Positions 11,832 through 23,198 of a stretch of DNA of 64,000 bases are shown here, piece after piece. Source of the stretch: Lepidodermella squamata (Eukaryota > Animalia > Gastrotricha); contig JBLDXI010000021.1 in assembly GCA_047495785.1 (NCBI GenBank), forward strand, positions 1,860,001 through 1,924,000, given 5' to 3'. The position numbers and the translations under genes were made by a program. Numbering within the stretch: position 1 is the stretch's first letter; each line of letters starts with the position of its first letter. The notes under the pieces are model-generated. The model saw nothing but the letters and a program-made list of their open reading frames with translations, was not told the origin of the DNA and did not search any database.

Positions 11832-12638
11832 TCAACAAGCTAGTAAGGTGTTCAGGTCAGGATTCAGCGTTTTAATATAGTAAGCTTCGCAAGACTTCAC
11901 TTCCATGAAGTTGCTTTTAGCTAAGATAGAGGGTTTGAAGAATAGAGAATATTTACTAGTTCGAGGATACGAATAGCGTTGTTCTTTGTGTACTTGTTCC
12001 ACATGTATAGACATCGCGTAACTATCGTAGTGATTTTTGCAGGCGCCATAGTGCTCACTGAGGCGTTTGCAAATGGTCCTACCCGTCATACCGACGTAGA
12101 AACTCTTACACAACATGCAATCTAGTCTGTACACAACGAAACGCGCGTCATGCCTGTATTTGAGATCGAAGATGCACCCATAACAGGTGAGTTTTGTGCG
12201 GCAGCTGTCTTGCCAAAAACGTGGTCTTACAAACATTTGCGACACCTTCTGTGTGGTCCATATGATCTTGACAGGTGTTTTGATGTTGTTGGACAAATTG
12301 GCAGCGATTCTTCTCGCCTGTCTTTCGTATCGTTTCCCAAAGTACTGCAATTTCCAGTACACTGGCTTTATCTCCGTCTCAGACTCAGCTTCACTTTTGG
12401 TGTTTTTTGTGGTCTCATGAGCCACCTGGGCTCTTTTTATGATAATTTTTGCGAAAGTGTCCGAATAGTCCGAGTTGCGCAATGTGTTATAAATCGTAGA
12501 GCAAGCAAAGGCGAATTGGTCAGTGCTACAGTTCTGAAATACCCTTTTCGCGAAGTTAAAGACAGTGTTATACAGAATATTGCGAGGGTGATTGGATTTA
12601 GCATTCAAAATATTAGTAGGCGCCATAGGTTTCCTGTA
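11832..12638 (-). CDS. C-terminal remnant of the Penelope-like ORF (thumb/linker plus GIY-YIG endonuclease); RT core missing
   Basis: Uninterrupted frame YRKPMAPTNILN...GIY-YIG-like VVY/YVG...NPDLNTLLAC*. Confidence 0.9.
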   Translation of the reverse strand, partial: YRKPMAPTNILNAKSNHPRNILYNTVFNFAKRVFQNCSTDQFAFACSTIYNTLRNSDYSDTFAKIIIKRAQVAHETTKNTKSEAESETEIKPVYWKLQYFGKRYERQARRIAANLSNNIKTPVKIIWTTQKVSQMFVRPRFWQDSCRTKLTCYGCIFDLKYRHDARFVVYRLDCMLCKSFYVGMTGRTICKRLSEHYGACKNHYDSYAMSIHVEQVHKEQRYSYPRTSKYSLFFKPSILAKSNFMEVKSCEAYYIKTLNPDLNTLLAC

Positions 12639-12742
12639 TTGCGAAGCTTACTATATTAAAACGCTGAATCCTGACCTGAACACCTTACTAGCTTGTTGAG
12701 TTTGCTGAAGCCTGTTTCATCTTGTTGATTGTTTTTAGATAC

Positions 12743-12779
12743 TGCCTGACGATGGCCACTTTGTGGCCGAAACGTCGCA
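12743..12779 (+). ncRNA. Minimal type I hammerhead ribozyme (right pLTR)
   Basis: TGC-CTGACGA-T-GGCCAC-TTT-GTGGCC-GAAA-CG-TC-GCA: stem I UGC/GCA, CUGANGA core, 6-bp stem II, GAAA, vestigial palindromic stem III (ACGU), GUC cleavage triplet ending at 12776; AATAAA at 12782. Confidence 0.88.
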
Positions 12780-13182
12780 CGAATAAATATATGTAACATC
12801 TTTATGAAATAAATGACTCGAAACTGCAAAAGTATCCTGCTAAAATATTGTGTTTAAATACACCGGGTCTATAATGCAATACGATTCGATACCAACATCT
12901 ATCGGTTCGGTATTCAGTTCGATTTTTTGACGATTTAAGCTTGTCGCGCGCTTTCTTCAATTTCAAAATTCCCTTTTCACTTTATTTTACAATTGTGTGA
13001 TAAAAGCATTTTGAACTTTGTAAAAAGTTATTTTACAAAAATTAGATTTTTTGTCATTGGCGACGCTTGGACATGAGGTCATCGATCCATCGCATCAAAT
13101 TAGTGGAGTTGGAACCTGAAAGTTAACTGCTTATTATACTCCCATTTACTGCTAAAAACCTCTCGTCGCTTGTTGTCAAATA

Positions 13183-14456
13183 ATGGCTGAGAACGAAATT
13201 TGGCAAGATAGGGACGTACGGTTCGATGTTCGATCAGAGTGAGTCATAAGATTCTGTACAACTTGTACACATTCATTTTCTTGATTCTAGGGAGTTGAAA
13301 TTGCGCCCGGGCGAGCAGCTTTTTGAGAAATTAACCGCTGTAGAAGATACAAAAGGAAATAACGGGGAGAGAGGTTAGCTTAAACAAAAGTCATACATTC
13401 ATTCTCATTCACTAATGAAAAAGGTTGTATGCTTGTAACGAGCCTTCGCCTGATATGGTATTGCACAAATCTTCCCAGAGTCAATTTATCGATCGGATGG
13501 AACTGTGTTTCTAATATATCTATCAAGACAGTGACCTCAAGGCTCCGAGGAGAGGCTGAGGCATGCTATCTTCTTACTAGAGCGAATGAAGCGCGGTACG
13601 AGTTTCTGTTTACCAACCTGGTAAGATTTGACACTAGCTTATTTATTGCATGTGATTTGATCTTCGGATGCAGTCATCTGCCTCTTCAAAACTTGTCAAC
13701 AGCATTGTTGCTGTACATCGTGCTTATGATTCGAGTCGAGCATATCGCGATGTTAAAATCCGATCGGCAATAATATCTAACAAGCAGCTAAAACTACTAC
13801 CTTCGGAAGAAATCATGTCCGTCGTTAATGGAGTGTGGAATCTATCAAACGAACAAGTTTGCATGGCGATAATTGATAGCTCCTTAATATTTTTTCATTG
13901 GGCAGGGCAATTTGGGAGCTTTCTTTGTTACCAATGTGCGAGTTGTTTGGTATGCAGCAATGAATGACAACTTCAACGTCAGCGTTCCGTACATGCAGAT
14001 GATTTCTGTCAAAGTGAGATCATCTAAATTTGGTACAGCTCTTGTAATCGAATGTACAAAATCTTCTGGTGGCTATGTACTTGGTTTTCGCATCGACCCC
14101 GAGGAGAAACTGATGGCCGTGAGTTGAAGACGATATCAATAGCCAAAATTAATAGCCCTTTACAGGTTGCTAAGGAGCTGCATCGCCTGCATTCTGCATT
14201 TTCTTTGTCGCCTGTTTTGGGGGTAAACCCGGCTTTACATTCCACGGAGGCAGCTGCTGATCATTCTACCCCTATCTTTGCTGATGACGTTGAAATTGAG
14301 CGAACTCCTGTTCAGAAGGATGTATTAGCGATGTATTATTCCGACAGTGGTGTTCAGTCCAACCGTGAAATAATATTCAATGAGGAACTAGGCGTCGCAG
14401 TCGAGGCTCCTCCAGCTGGCTTGACGCTAAAAGATTTATGGGAAATTTCCATTTAG
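13183..14456 (+). CDS. BBS5: Bardet-Biedl syndrome 5 protein (BBSome), multi-exon
   Basis: [103 protein letters not shown]. Confidence 0.96.
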
Positions 14457-14712
14457 ACTGCCGACGAATGATTTGGCGTCAAAATGTACTCGAACCTTTG
14501 TGAATTTATCCTGTTTATTCACGGCACATTCGTCTCAATTTTATATCATATTTGTTTGTATTTCGCTGAGTTCTTTAAATGTTGAGTTTATGGGTGCTTC
14601 AAAGTTGTAATTGCTCTATAGTTATCATAATGGGGTTGCGAAAATTCCTATATTTGTATCATTCTTTTTTTAGGCTTATGTAAATCAAGAATGCTATAAA
14701 TATCGGAATCAG

Positions 14713-17700
14713 ATGACGAGCACCAGCCATCGGATACCTGGTGGCATGTCATTAGACATGGGCACTGCAGATATTCATTTAAAAATGTGCAAAAAAGTAG
14801 CTCAATTGACAAAAGTCATATACGTTTTAAATACGAGACTCGACGAGAATGATGCGATGGTTGCTCAGCTAAAATCCGATAACGAGAAGGAATTGGAAAT
14901 GGTGCGAATTGAAACGGCGGATAAGCTCCGGCTGTACAAAGGCGTCGTGGAACAGCTGGCTGCATCGGAGAGGAAGAATACTGAGCTGGACGAATGTTTG
15001 CAGCAACAAAAAAGGCACGAAGTGGAAGCACTAACACGTTTTGAATCTTTCAAGCGTGAATCAGCTGAGCGGGAGCGTTCGCTGAGAGACGGTTATTCAT
15101 CAAAAATTCTAGAGCTTGGCTCGGAAGTTTTAAAGATCAAGCATCAGCTGGAGGAAAAAATTGCGCAGCTCGATAGACTTTCTTCAGAAAGATCGGCTGA
15201 CAAGGACAGGCTGAATAACGCTGAAGAGTTGGAACGCCGCTATAAAGACGAGATCAACAAGTATGTTAAAATGTCTTGTTGTGACTAGCTTCCCATGTAA
15301 ATCCTCAATTTCAGGCTTCGCGATCGCAATCTGCAAATTCAAGGAAGTATTGATAAAATGCGAGACGATTATCAAGCCTCTCTTGCGTCGGCTCAGGCCG
15401 AGTTTGAAGCAAAGGAAGCTGAAATGAAAGCAACGGTATGTCTCTGTGAATTTATCATTCGTGAAATATTAGAGAAAGTTGATATTTCAGATTGATAAGT
15501 TGAACAACGAACTTGCTGATATTAGAAACTCAGCTGTTGATCAATTGCAATCAACTCAAACATCTCTGCTTGAGAAGCACCGGAAAGAGCTCTCCAGTCT
15601 TAATGACGAGATAGACAAGCTGAAAAGAAGCATGTCCTCTCAGGAGAGCCAATGTGAGTTAACAATAACATTGTTTGATGAAGCAATGAAGTTCGGATCA
15701 TTTCTAGATCAAATCAAAGTTAACGATTTGGTGCAACGTCTATCAAATAGCGACGCTCAAATCGCAGACTTGAAGTCAGAAATTGCGCGCCAAGCTGAAT
15801 TGATAAACAGCCGCACATCGGATACCAGTGTCATGTCGAAACAGGTTTTCGAAAAATGCAAACATACAAATAATTTATACTAATTCAACTTGAACTATAG
15901 CTATCTGAGGCAACAGCTAAGGTGAACGGTCTTGTGGATGAGACTCACCGGCTGGAGAAGGAGCTAGCTAATGCGAATAAGCGTTGCTCTGAACTGTCTA
16001 GGGACCTGCTTCACAAATCTGGTTTGTTTTGAGGGCGCATTATGTGTCAAATTTAAATTTTATTCGGTGTCATTACTTCGATAGAGGAAGTTAGTGCTAC
16101 AGAGAGCACCCGGTTGCAACTGGAATCACTGAGCAACGATCTTCGACGGGAACTTGACGCAACAAAGAAACTTCTAACCACAGCTGAGTCTAAATTGAAA
16201 GAATCAGCCATGACCGGGTCGGAAATTGAAATGCGCTTGAAAGCTAAATTGTCAGAATTTGAAAATGAGTTGGCTCAGCTTCGGAAAGAGAACGCCCGAA
16301 TCGCGAACGAAGCAGCTAACCAACGCCAACATTTGATTGACGAGCATGATCGTAAAATTACCGAATTAACAGCAACCCACGAGAAATATATTCTCGTTCT
16401 ACAAAGCCGTCATGAAGAGGAGTTGACTAAGCAGAAACTACTCAATGAAGAAAAGCTATCGAAAATGAGCCAGGAGCTTCATGGAACCACAGAGATGTTG
16501 CGTTCGCAATTCGAATCGGAGAAAGCACTGCTTGTAAATAAGTACGAACGTGAATTGGATGATCTGAAGAAGGATCTCGCGAATCGCATAGCAGCCCTCG
16601 CTGCTTTGGATGAGAGTTCGAAGCAGATAAGCCAGGAATTGCTTACGTTGAGGCGCCAACAAGAAAGTACAGCAAGCGAGGCAAAGGACGCTGTTTGGCA
16701 CCTGGCGGAGGCTAAAAGAAAAATTGCATCTCTCGAGGAGCATATTAAATCGATCGAGGTAAGATCAAATCTACGAAAAAATAGCGTTTCTTAAATTTGT
16801 ATCTAGAACGATAATGGCGATATGAAAACTCGACATCCTATCGAAATCGAAAAATTGAAGGCTCTGCATCGCTCTGAGTTGGAGGCAGCTTTGAAAGAGG
16901 CTGACACTAAATGGGGCGAGAAGTTACGATCCGAGTTGGCAGCCGTCCGTCGAACGTTACTCGGCGAAAGCGAGCAAAAGTTTCAAAACAGCATCGATGA
17001 GCTTCAACGGCAGAAAGAAGCCGAGTTGCAAGCCGTGAAAGATGGCTGGCAGAAAAAGACGAGCGAGCTGCTCAAAGAGGTTCGTTTTTAACTATGATTA
17101 AAATGCTGATTTTAAGAGGGGCTTCGTTAGCTTTCGGAAACTCGACAGCAACTATCAACTGCTGAGAATCAGCTGAATTCGGAGACAGCTCGTCTTCGCG
17201 CAGATTATGATGCACAGCTGACTAGACTTCGTGAAGAGTTGCAAGGTCAAATCGAAGACTACAGGAATCAATTGAAAACTATCCGAAGTGAAACAGAGGA
17301 AGAAACCGCCTGGCTGATGGCTGAGAAAGAAAAGGCTATAAAGGAGGTGGAAGCAAGGTTCAAAGCAGAGCAATTAGAGGCAATGCAAGCGCAGGCTGTC
17401 GCTCATCGAACCGTTACTGAGAGCCTCAATAAGCAGCATGAAATGGAAATGGCTCGGGCGTTGGAAGAAGCAGCCAGAAAGCATAGCTATGAAATTTGTA
17501 AGAAAAGCCCCATTATTTATATTTTCTATGTTAATACAAATTTTAAATTTGCCACAGCGGAGATTCGAGACTCATTGGCGAAGAAGCACTTAGCTGAATT
17601 GGAGCAAGCTTCCCGTTTCAACGACGCCCAATCCACAGCTGTCAAGCAGGAGTTGGAAAAAGTGGTCGAACTGACTCGCAAGCAAGAACGCGATTACGAA

Positions 17701-18660
17701 GCTCGCTTAGAAGAGATGCGCCGGCAAATGAAGCAACGCGATCAGAAAATCGTGTCCCTTGAGGAGTCGCTCGCAACTTTGGAACAGAAGGCAAATGCTC
17801 TGGTTGCTCAACTGGACACAGCCAGGCACGAAGCGCTGCGAACTCGTGATCAAATGATTAGCGAGATGCGGAATCGGGAAGAAGAAGCCGCCGCCAACAT
17901 GGAGCGAGAGATCGAACAAGCAAGACGGGATGCGAAGTTTCAGCAGCAAGCCATTGTTGAAGAATTCGCGAAAGTGCAACAACTTCTTAAAGAAAAGATC
18001 GCAACTCTACAACAACTGTGAGAGTTATTTTTCGATGACTTTTTTATACATTTTTTGTTCAATTATAGCCACGCTGAAGCCGAAGAACGATATCGTCAGC
18101 GTGAATCTCGAGATGAAGACCTTTCTCTTATAGAAGAACTGAAGGAACGGCTGCGAATAAAGGCTACCGAATTAACCCAAGTATTGAATGAAAAACGAGC
18201 CTTGGAGATGGAACTAATTAACCGCGAGAAGAATTTTAATAAAATCTTTAGCAACAGTCCACAAGTCGGCGTTATTGATCCGATAGCATCTATGAAGGTA
18301 TACACCGCTCACCTTTCAATTAATATTTAAAACAGCTTCATTATTTTTTTGTTAAAGAACAAACGCCCGTCGGTCGATGGAGGCTCGGCATTTAAAAACG
18401 GGTCTCGCACTCACAGCGGCGGGAGCACGGGTGATATTTCATCTGCTGTAGGTAGCCTGGTTGCGGCTAATCGTAAACCGCAAGGCAATCCTCGAAATAG
18501 CTCACAACCTGTTCACCAAGCCTGGGGCGCATCGGCTTCAGGTCAACAACAACAACAACAACGGCTGCTGGACCCATTGCCAAATTCGCCAATTCATGAT
18601 GAGCCGTTCAACCCATTAAAACCGCTTCCTCCTGCTCCAAAATTATCTACTCGCATTTGA
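14713..18660 (+). CDS. FAM184A: FAM184A/B-like long coiled-coil protein, many short introns
   Basis: N-terminal HLKMCKKVAQLTKVIYVLNTRLDE and C-terminal RESRDED...MELINREKNFNKIFSNSPQVGVIDP...LDPLPNSPIHD are FAM184 hallmarks, with coiled-coil exons in between. Confidence 0.88.
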
Positions 18661-19125
18661 GAAGTTCAATCTGTGATGCGATATTAATGATATGTGATAC
18701 TGCGTGTTTTTTCAATTCAAAAATATTTGTTTTATGAGTAGTTTATTTTTATAACAAGCCTTAACTTGAAAATGATCAATCCATCAGTATTGCTGCTGGC
18801 GAGTGCCATAACGAAGGGAGCACCGAATGATTCTAAAATAAAAATATTCTGTCATTACATGTGCTGATTATTTTCTGACGGCAACTTGGTGTTCATTTGA
18901 AGTCACGCGATCATTTTTGACGAGCTTCTCTTCCATCTGTATAAAATAGTACAGGGTTGGCAACCTGAGACAGTAAAGAGTCTATCGGCAAAGTTCATTG
19001 ATGGCTTTCTTGGTTAACCCCGTTCACTATATCGTATGTAAATGACACGCGGATTTAGGCTTCCAGTGCTTTCACAAATTATCGGGCAAAGAAGCTGAGG
19101 GAACCTTCCCGAATCTATACATCTA

Positions 19126-19605
19126 CAGTGCACATTCGTTATAACGAACCACTACGGTGCCACTTAAAAAAGTTCGCTATAAGCAAAGTTCGTTACAAAC
19201 GAAGTAGAAAATTTAAAAAAAATTGGAAAAGACCCCACTTTTCAGGATGATTCGGCTTAAGAAGGGTCAGAAGTAGAGTCTAAGTGCTCGTCGAGTTTTT
19301 GCTTCTTCAGAAGCGCGATCGTAATAAATCATTAAATTGAATACCCGAAATAGATGAAATACATGAAATTTGCGAGTATGAGCGCTGGAGGCCCAAGTTC
19401 GCTACAAACAATGTAAATATCACGCTTAAAGCTTCCGCCTCGCCACCCAGAATCGTTCGTTATAGCCAAAAGTTCGCTATAAAAAGTTCGTTATAAACGA
19501 GGTTGGCAACATGTATATGTGCGTAGTTTGGCTCGTGCCACTCATTTTTGTTCGTTATAGTCGAAGTTCGCTATAAGACCGGTTCGTTATAACAAAGGTG
19601 CACTG
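19126..19605. mobile_element. 480-bp MITE, Tc1/mariner-pogo (Tigger-like) type
   Basis: TIRs CAGTGCACATTCGTTATAACGAACC / GGTTCGTTATAACAAAGGTGCACTG flanked by TA on both sides; several internal GTTCGYTATAA sub-terminal repeats; no ORF. Confidence 0.85.
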
Positions 19606-19939
19606 TATACAAAATCTATCCAACGATATCCATATCAAGTGTGTAATTAGATCAGGCATCGGAATATCGATCGATCGAAATTGATCCAATCGATACCTTT
19701 CGGAGTGATTTACGGGAAATCGATGCCAACTGGAAACCTGGTATGATTCGCCAAAATAACTGTTGCCCAATGCCAAATTTTATGCAAAAATACCGAACAG
19801 TCAGAATAAGACAATATGTCCCGCTCCGTTGCTGTTTATTTTGTTTCGCGGTTTTCTCATTTCAATGTAAATTAATTAAAATCAATCAGCAGTAGCAAAA
19901 CGTAAAAAGTGGTAACAAAGACGCTAGGCAGTTGTTCGA

Positions 19940-20344
19940 TCAATAGAAATAGCAGTAGAACATCTTTTGGCAAGTGAAGCGGCAACAAACGGCTTGGCCA
20001 GGCGAGTTCATGATCCACGTACAGCCTGACATAAGACCTCCCATAGGAGCCATGCCCCAGCCGCCGAAAGCGCCGCCGCCTGGGTAGAAGAACGAGCGGT
20101 CGCTAGATTCTTCGGCAGTCGCTTCGAATTTCTTGCGCAATTCCTCGAGTTTTGTCGAATTGAAGTCAGGCATGGTTGTTGTAGTCGCGATTTCGTCGAA
20201 AGCAGCCTTTCCAGCATCAGATGCGCCATCAGTTTCGCCGACGGATGCCGGGGCTTCTTCATCGACTGGGAAACTGTTCTCGATTACACCAGCCAAGGCA
20301 AGGAAAGGCAAAACGGCGAAGAAAAAGAGGACGACTGACTTCAT
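19940..20344 (-). CDS. Secreted prepropeptide (signal, acidic pro-region, Gly-rich/Cys-rich C-terminal peptide), family unknown
   Basis: MKSVVLFFFAVLPFLALA signal; acidic spacer ending EESSDR; SFFYPGGGAFGGWGMAPMGGLMSGCTWIMNSPGQAVCCRFTCQKMFYCYFY. Has its own TATA box, a 5'UTR intron (~20368-20418) and AATAAA near 19837. Confidence 0.8.
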   Translation of the reverse strand: MKSVVLFFFAVLPFLALAGVIENSFPVDEEAPASVGETDGASDAGKAAFDEIATTTTMPDFNSTKLEELRKKFEATAEESSDRSFFYPGGGAFGGWGMAPMGGLMSGCTWIMNSPGQAVCCRFTCQKMFYCYFY

Positions 20345-20481
20345 TTCGGATGCAATCTCCTAGATCCTAGAAAAGCAAATCAAAGGTCTAACTTTATGCA
20401 AATTCAGCCTAACCTAACCTGTATTTATTGACCTGTGATGTTAATGCGACTAAGTTTGGTTTGGAAAGCAGTCAGCATATC

Positions 20482-20488
20482 CTTTTAT
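20482..20488 (-). promoter_or_regulatory. TATA box of the secreted-peptide gene
   Basis: CTATAAAAGG on the minus strand, upstream of a short non-coding exon and a GT-AG 5'UTR intron. Confidence 0.6.
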
Positions 20489-21093
20489 AGAGTCATTGTA
20501 TCAGGTTTTAGAGTTGGATAACATCTGTGTTATCAGGTGACGACTGCATGTATTTCGCGTAAGATGGCACGCGTTAACAAACTGTGCAAATAGCCTTGGA
20601 TTACAAAGCGCGAAAATGAACAACGAAGTAGTCAACTACTTGATTATGTCTACTTCTGATTAGCATTTGGCATCATAAAACTTGAAACTCGAAATTGTTA
20701 CGATTCCGAGACAAATTCTTTCAGCTAACTGGGAAGCAACGTTTCCTCTCTGCAATCAAAATATTGTAGTGAGTTTTCATAGCATGAGGTTTGCTGCAGA
20801 CTTTGAGAATGCGAGCTACCATTTAAAATGCTGAACCCTGAACTAGAATCTGATTCTCTCAACCATTATCCATCTCGCCATCATTTCTTTCATGTTAGAA
20901 TTTTGTTGTCCCAAAACAAACAACACAGATTTTTGAGAAACCAATATATAAAGTTTATTTCCAACGATTATTCGTAACAAATAAAAAACAATCAATGTTA
21001 CAGGAACATCAGGAATATCGCTATGTAAGCTGCCCAGCTCCTGAAACGCTGATTTATTTACAAGCAAAAAAGAACAGAAAGACTCGGGCAGGC

Positions 21094-22745
21094 TCATTCG
21101 TCATCATCGTCATCGCTTGAGTCGCTCTCTCGAATAACAGTATCGGCCGCTGCAGCCCGGCCCGCAGCTCCAGTGCAGTAACTGTTTCTGATGAACGAAT
21201 GGCAGCACTTGTAACCCCACTGGTTGTCTTTCCAAAAGCTTCCCCAAACTGACTGTAATACACAAAACGGATGAAATAAATGAACAAACGAACATATTCA
21301 TCAACTTACTGAATGGTTATTGTCATAAACGTCCTCTTCGAAACTGCTTTTCACTGTCGGCTTCTCTTCGCCTCGCTTCACCGTTCCTTGCCGCGTATAT
21401 TCAACGTAGTGCTCGGCCTGTCCGAGTAGCAAAGCTTTCGGTGGCGCTTCAAGATGCTCCTCCCCGCCGTACTTCTGCAAAATTTCAGACCGGGTCGTAG
21501 TTTTCATCGAGTCCCTACGCTTTTCATATTCACGGCGCAGCATTTCCGTTTTTGTCGGATCAGCTTGCAGATGCACATCTGTACCGGTGTCGGCGGCTTC
21601 CCAAGCGAATAATTGCTGCCGAGCGAATTCACGCGCATCGCCGCCAACGCGAGTGGCGTTATCGCCTTGGAAAGGCACAAAAGCCAGGTGATTGCCTTTT
21701 TGAGCCCGCGTCCGATCTTCAAACGGGTCGTCGCGCATCGACCGAGTTTTCGGGTCGTAATATGCTGAGTTCGGGTCCAGATTGTACAAGTATTTGGCGA
21801 TATCTTCGCGCACACGCAAATTACGCACAGTGATGCGTTCGTCCGACTCGAATTTTTGACCAGGCATTTCAATTTCATCGACATACTTGTCTTCGTCATC
21901 GGTGTCGCTTTCACTGTCATCGTCTTGAGCTGCGACAGCTGTCTTCGAAGGACCGGCTTCTTCTTCCGCGGCGGCTTCGGGCGCATTCCCCTCCTCGGTT
22001 TTCGCTGCCGCCGCCGCCGCCGCTGCCTCTTCCTCCTCTTGCCCCTCCTGTTCTGCTTGCTTGATCAGCTTTTCTTCTAGCTTTTTCTCGCGAATCAATT
22101 TGCGTTCTTCTTGCAGCACCTCGTAAGATTTGATAATATTGACGTGTTCAGCGACTTCGTATCCATTCCAGCGATCGCGTTTGCTCTCGAAATCCAGCTT
22201 AAGATCCGCTTCAGGAACGATTTCATCCGCAGCAATATCTCGACCAGACCATTTGGCACCCATAGCTCTGGGCCTCTCGAGGCAGTCTTTCTTCTTATGC
22301 GTCATGGCCCCGCAATTTTCACAAGCACCAGGCCTGTAGCGGGTAGTAGTCGGTGCGGCTAAAACACCGCGCTTGTACCATTTCCCGAAACTGGTCTGAG
22401 CTTCATCTTCCTCTTCTTCTTTTTTCGAAAGGTTGCGTTGATGCTTTAGGGTCGGATTCAGCGAGTTGTAGTACCACGGGACTTGCATGATATATTGCGG
22501 AATATGAGGATTAATGTCTCTGAAATACAATTTATTGTATAATTCAATCGATTGAGTTATAAATCGACTTACTTTCCAGATTCATCGGTCATAGCAGGAA
22601 CTGCACCGGATTTTCGAAGCTCCTCGAGTTCTTTCAGCCGCCTATATTCTTCCTTCGACTTCCTGCCTTCTCCCAGGCCCTCCTCCCTGTTGTTCTTTGC
22701 CAACTTGACATGAAGGGAAGGCGGGATGTTAAGTTGAAAGGACAT
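21094..22745 (-). CDS. SLU7: Pre-mRNA splicing factor SLU7 (3 exons: 22745-22573, 22519-21310, 21252-21094)
   Basis: [26 protein letters not shown], zinc knuckle [65 protein letters not shown]. Confidence 0.96.
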
Positions 22746-23198
22746 CTTCAATAAATAAGAATCTAAATATCAAAACAAATGAGTTATTAAAATATATGTA
22801 TTCAATCAGTCAAAATATAACAGCTTTGCATCGTCATGTTTTTCGCTCGCAAAGTCATCGACAACAAAATCACCCAGGTCAGGTTTTTCTCTGTCTGCTT
22901 ACGACATAACATCGGGATCTTTTATGATGCATTCAAAAGTTAACTGAGGGTGATGTACAAAATAGACAATAACAGTTACAATAATGTTTGGCTACATGCG
23001 GACAACATCAAAATACGGCAACATAGGTTACGATCAGGACATCAAGAAATTATATTGAAGAATCTATATAGAGATATCACAGACAAAACAAAAGTCGCAA
23101 TAAAGTAATTCGAATGCCTACAATTGCGCAGATTTTAAGATGACTAGTTTTTTCCTTTCTCGGTGATTAAAATAATAAATTAGAACTGCCGAACGTGG

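Larger units (their letters stand above)
11681..12919 (-). mobile_element. 5'-truncated Penelope-like retroelement with inverted pLTRs and 13-bp TSD
   Basis: The ORF begins at RT-end motif YRKP (12638) and runs through SNHP thumb/linker, a CxxxxxCxxC linker and GIY-YIG (VVYRLDCMLCKSFYVGMTGR..RLSEH..EAYYI..NPDLN). Inverted repeat 11681-11892 / 12639-12850 (212 bp, identical by eye). TSD CGATTTTTTGACG at 11668-11680 and 12920-12932. Confidence 0.93.

Noticed and set aside
11681-12850. DNA transposon with 212-bp TIRs
   Set aside because: The repeat duplicates the ORF 3' end and 3'UTR and the protein is GIY-YIG rather than DDE, so it is an inverted pLTR.
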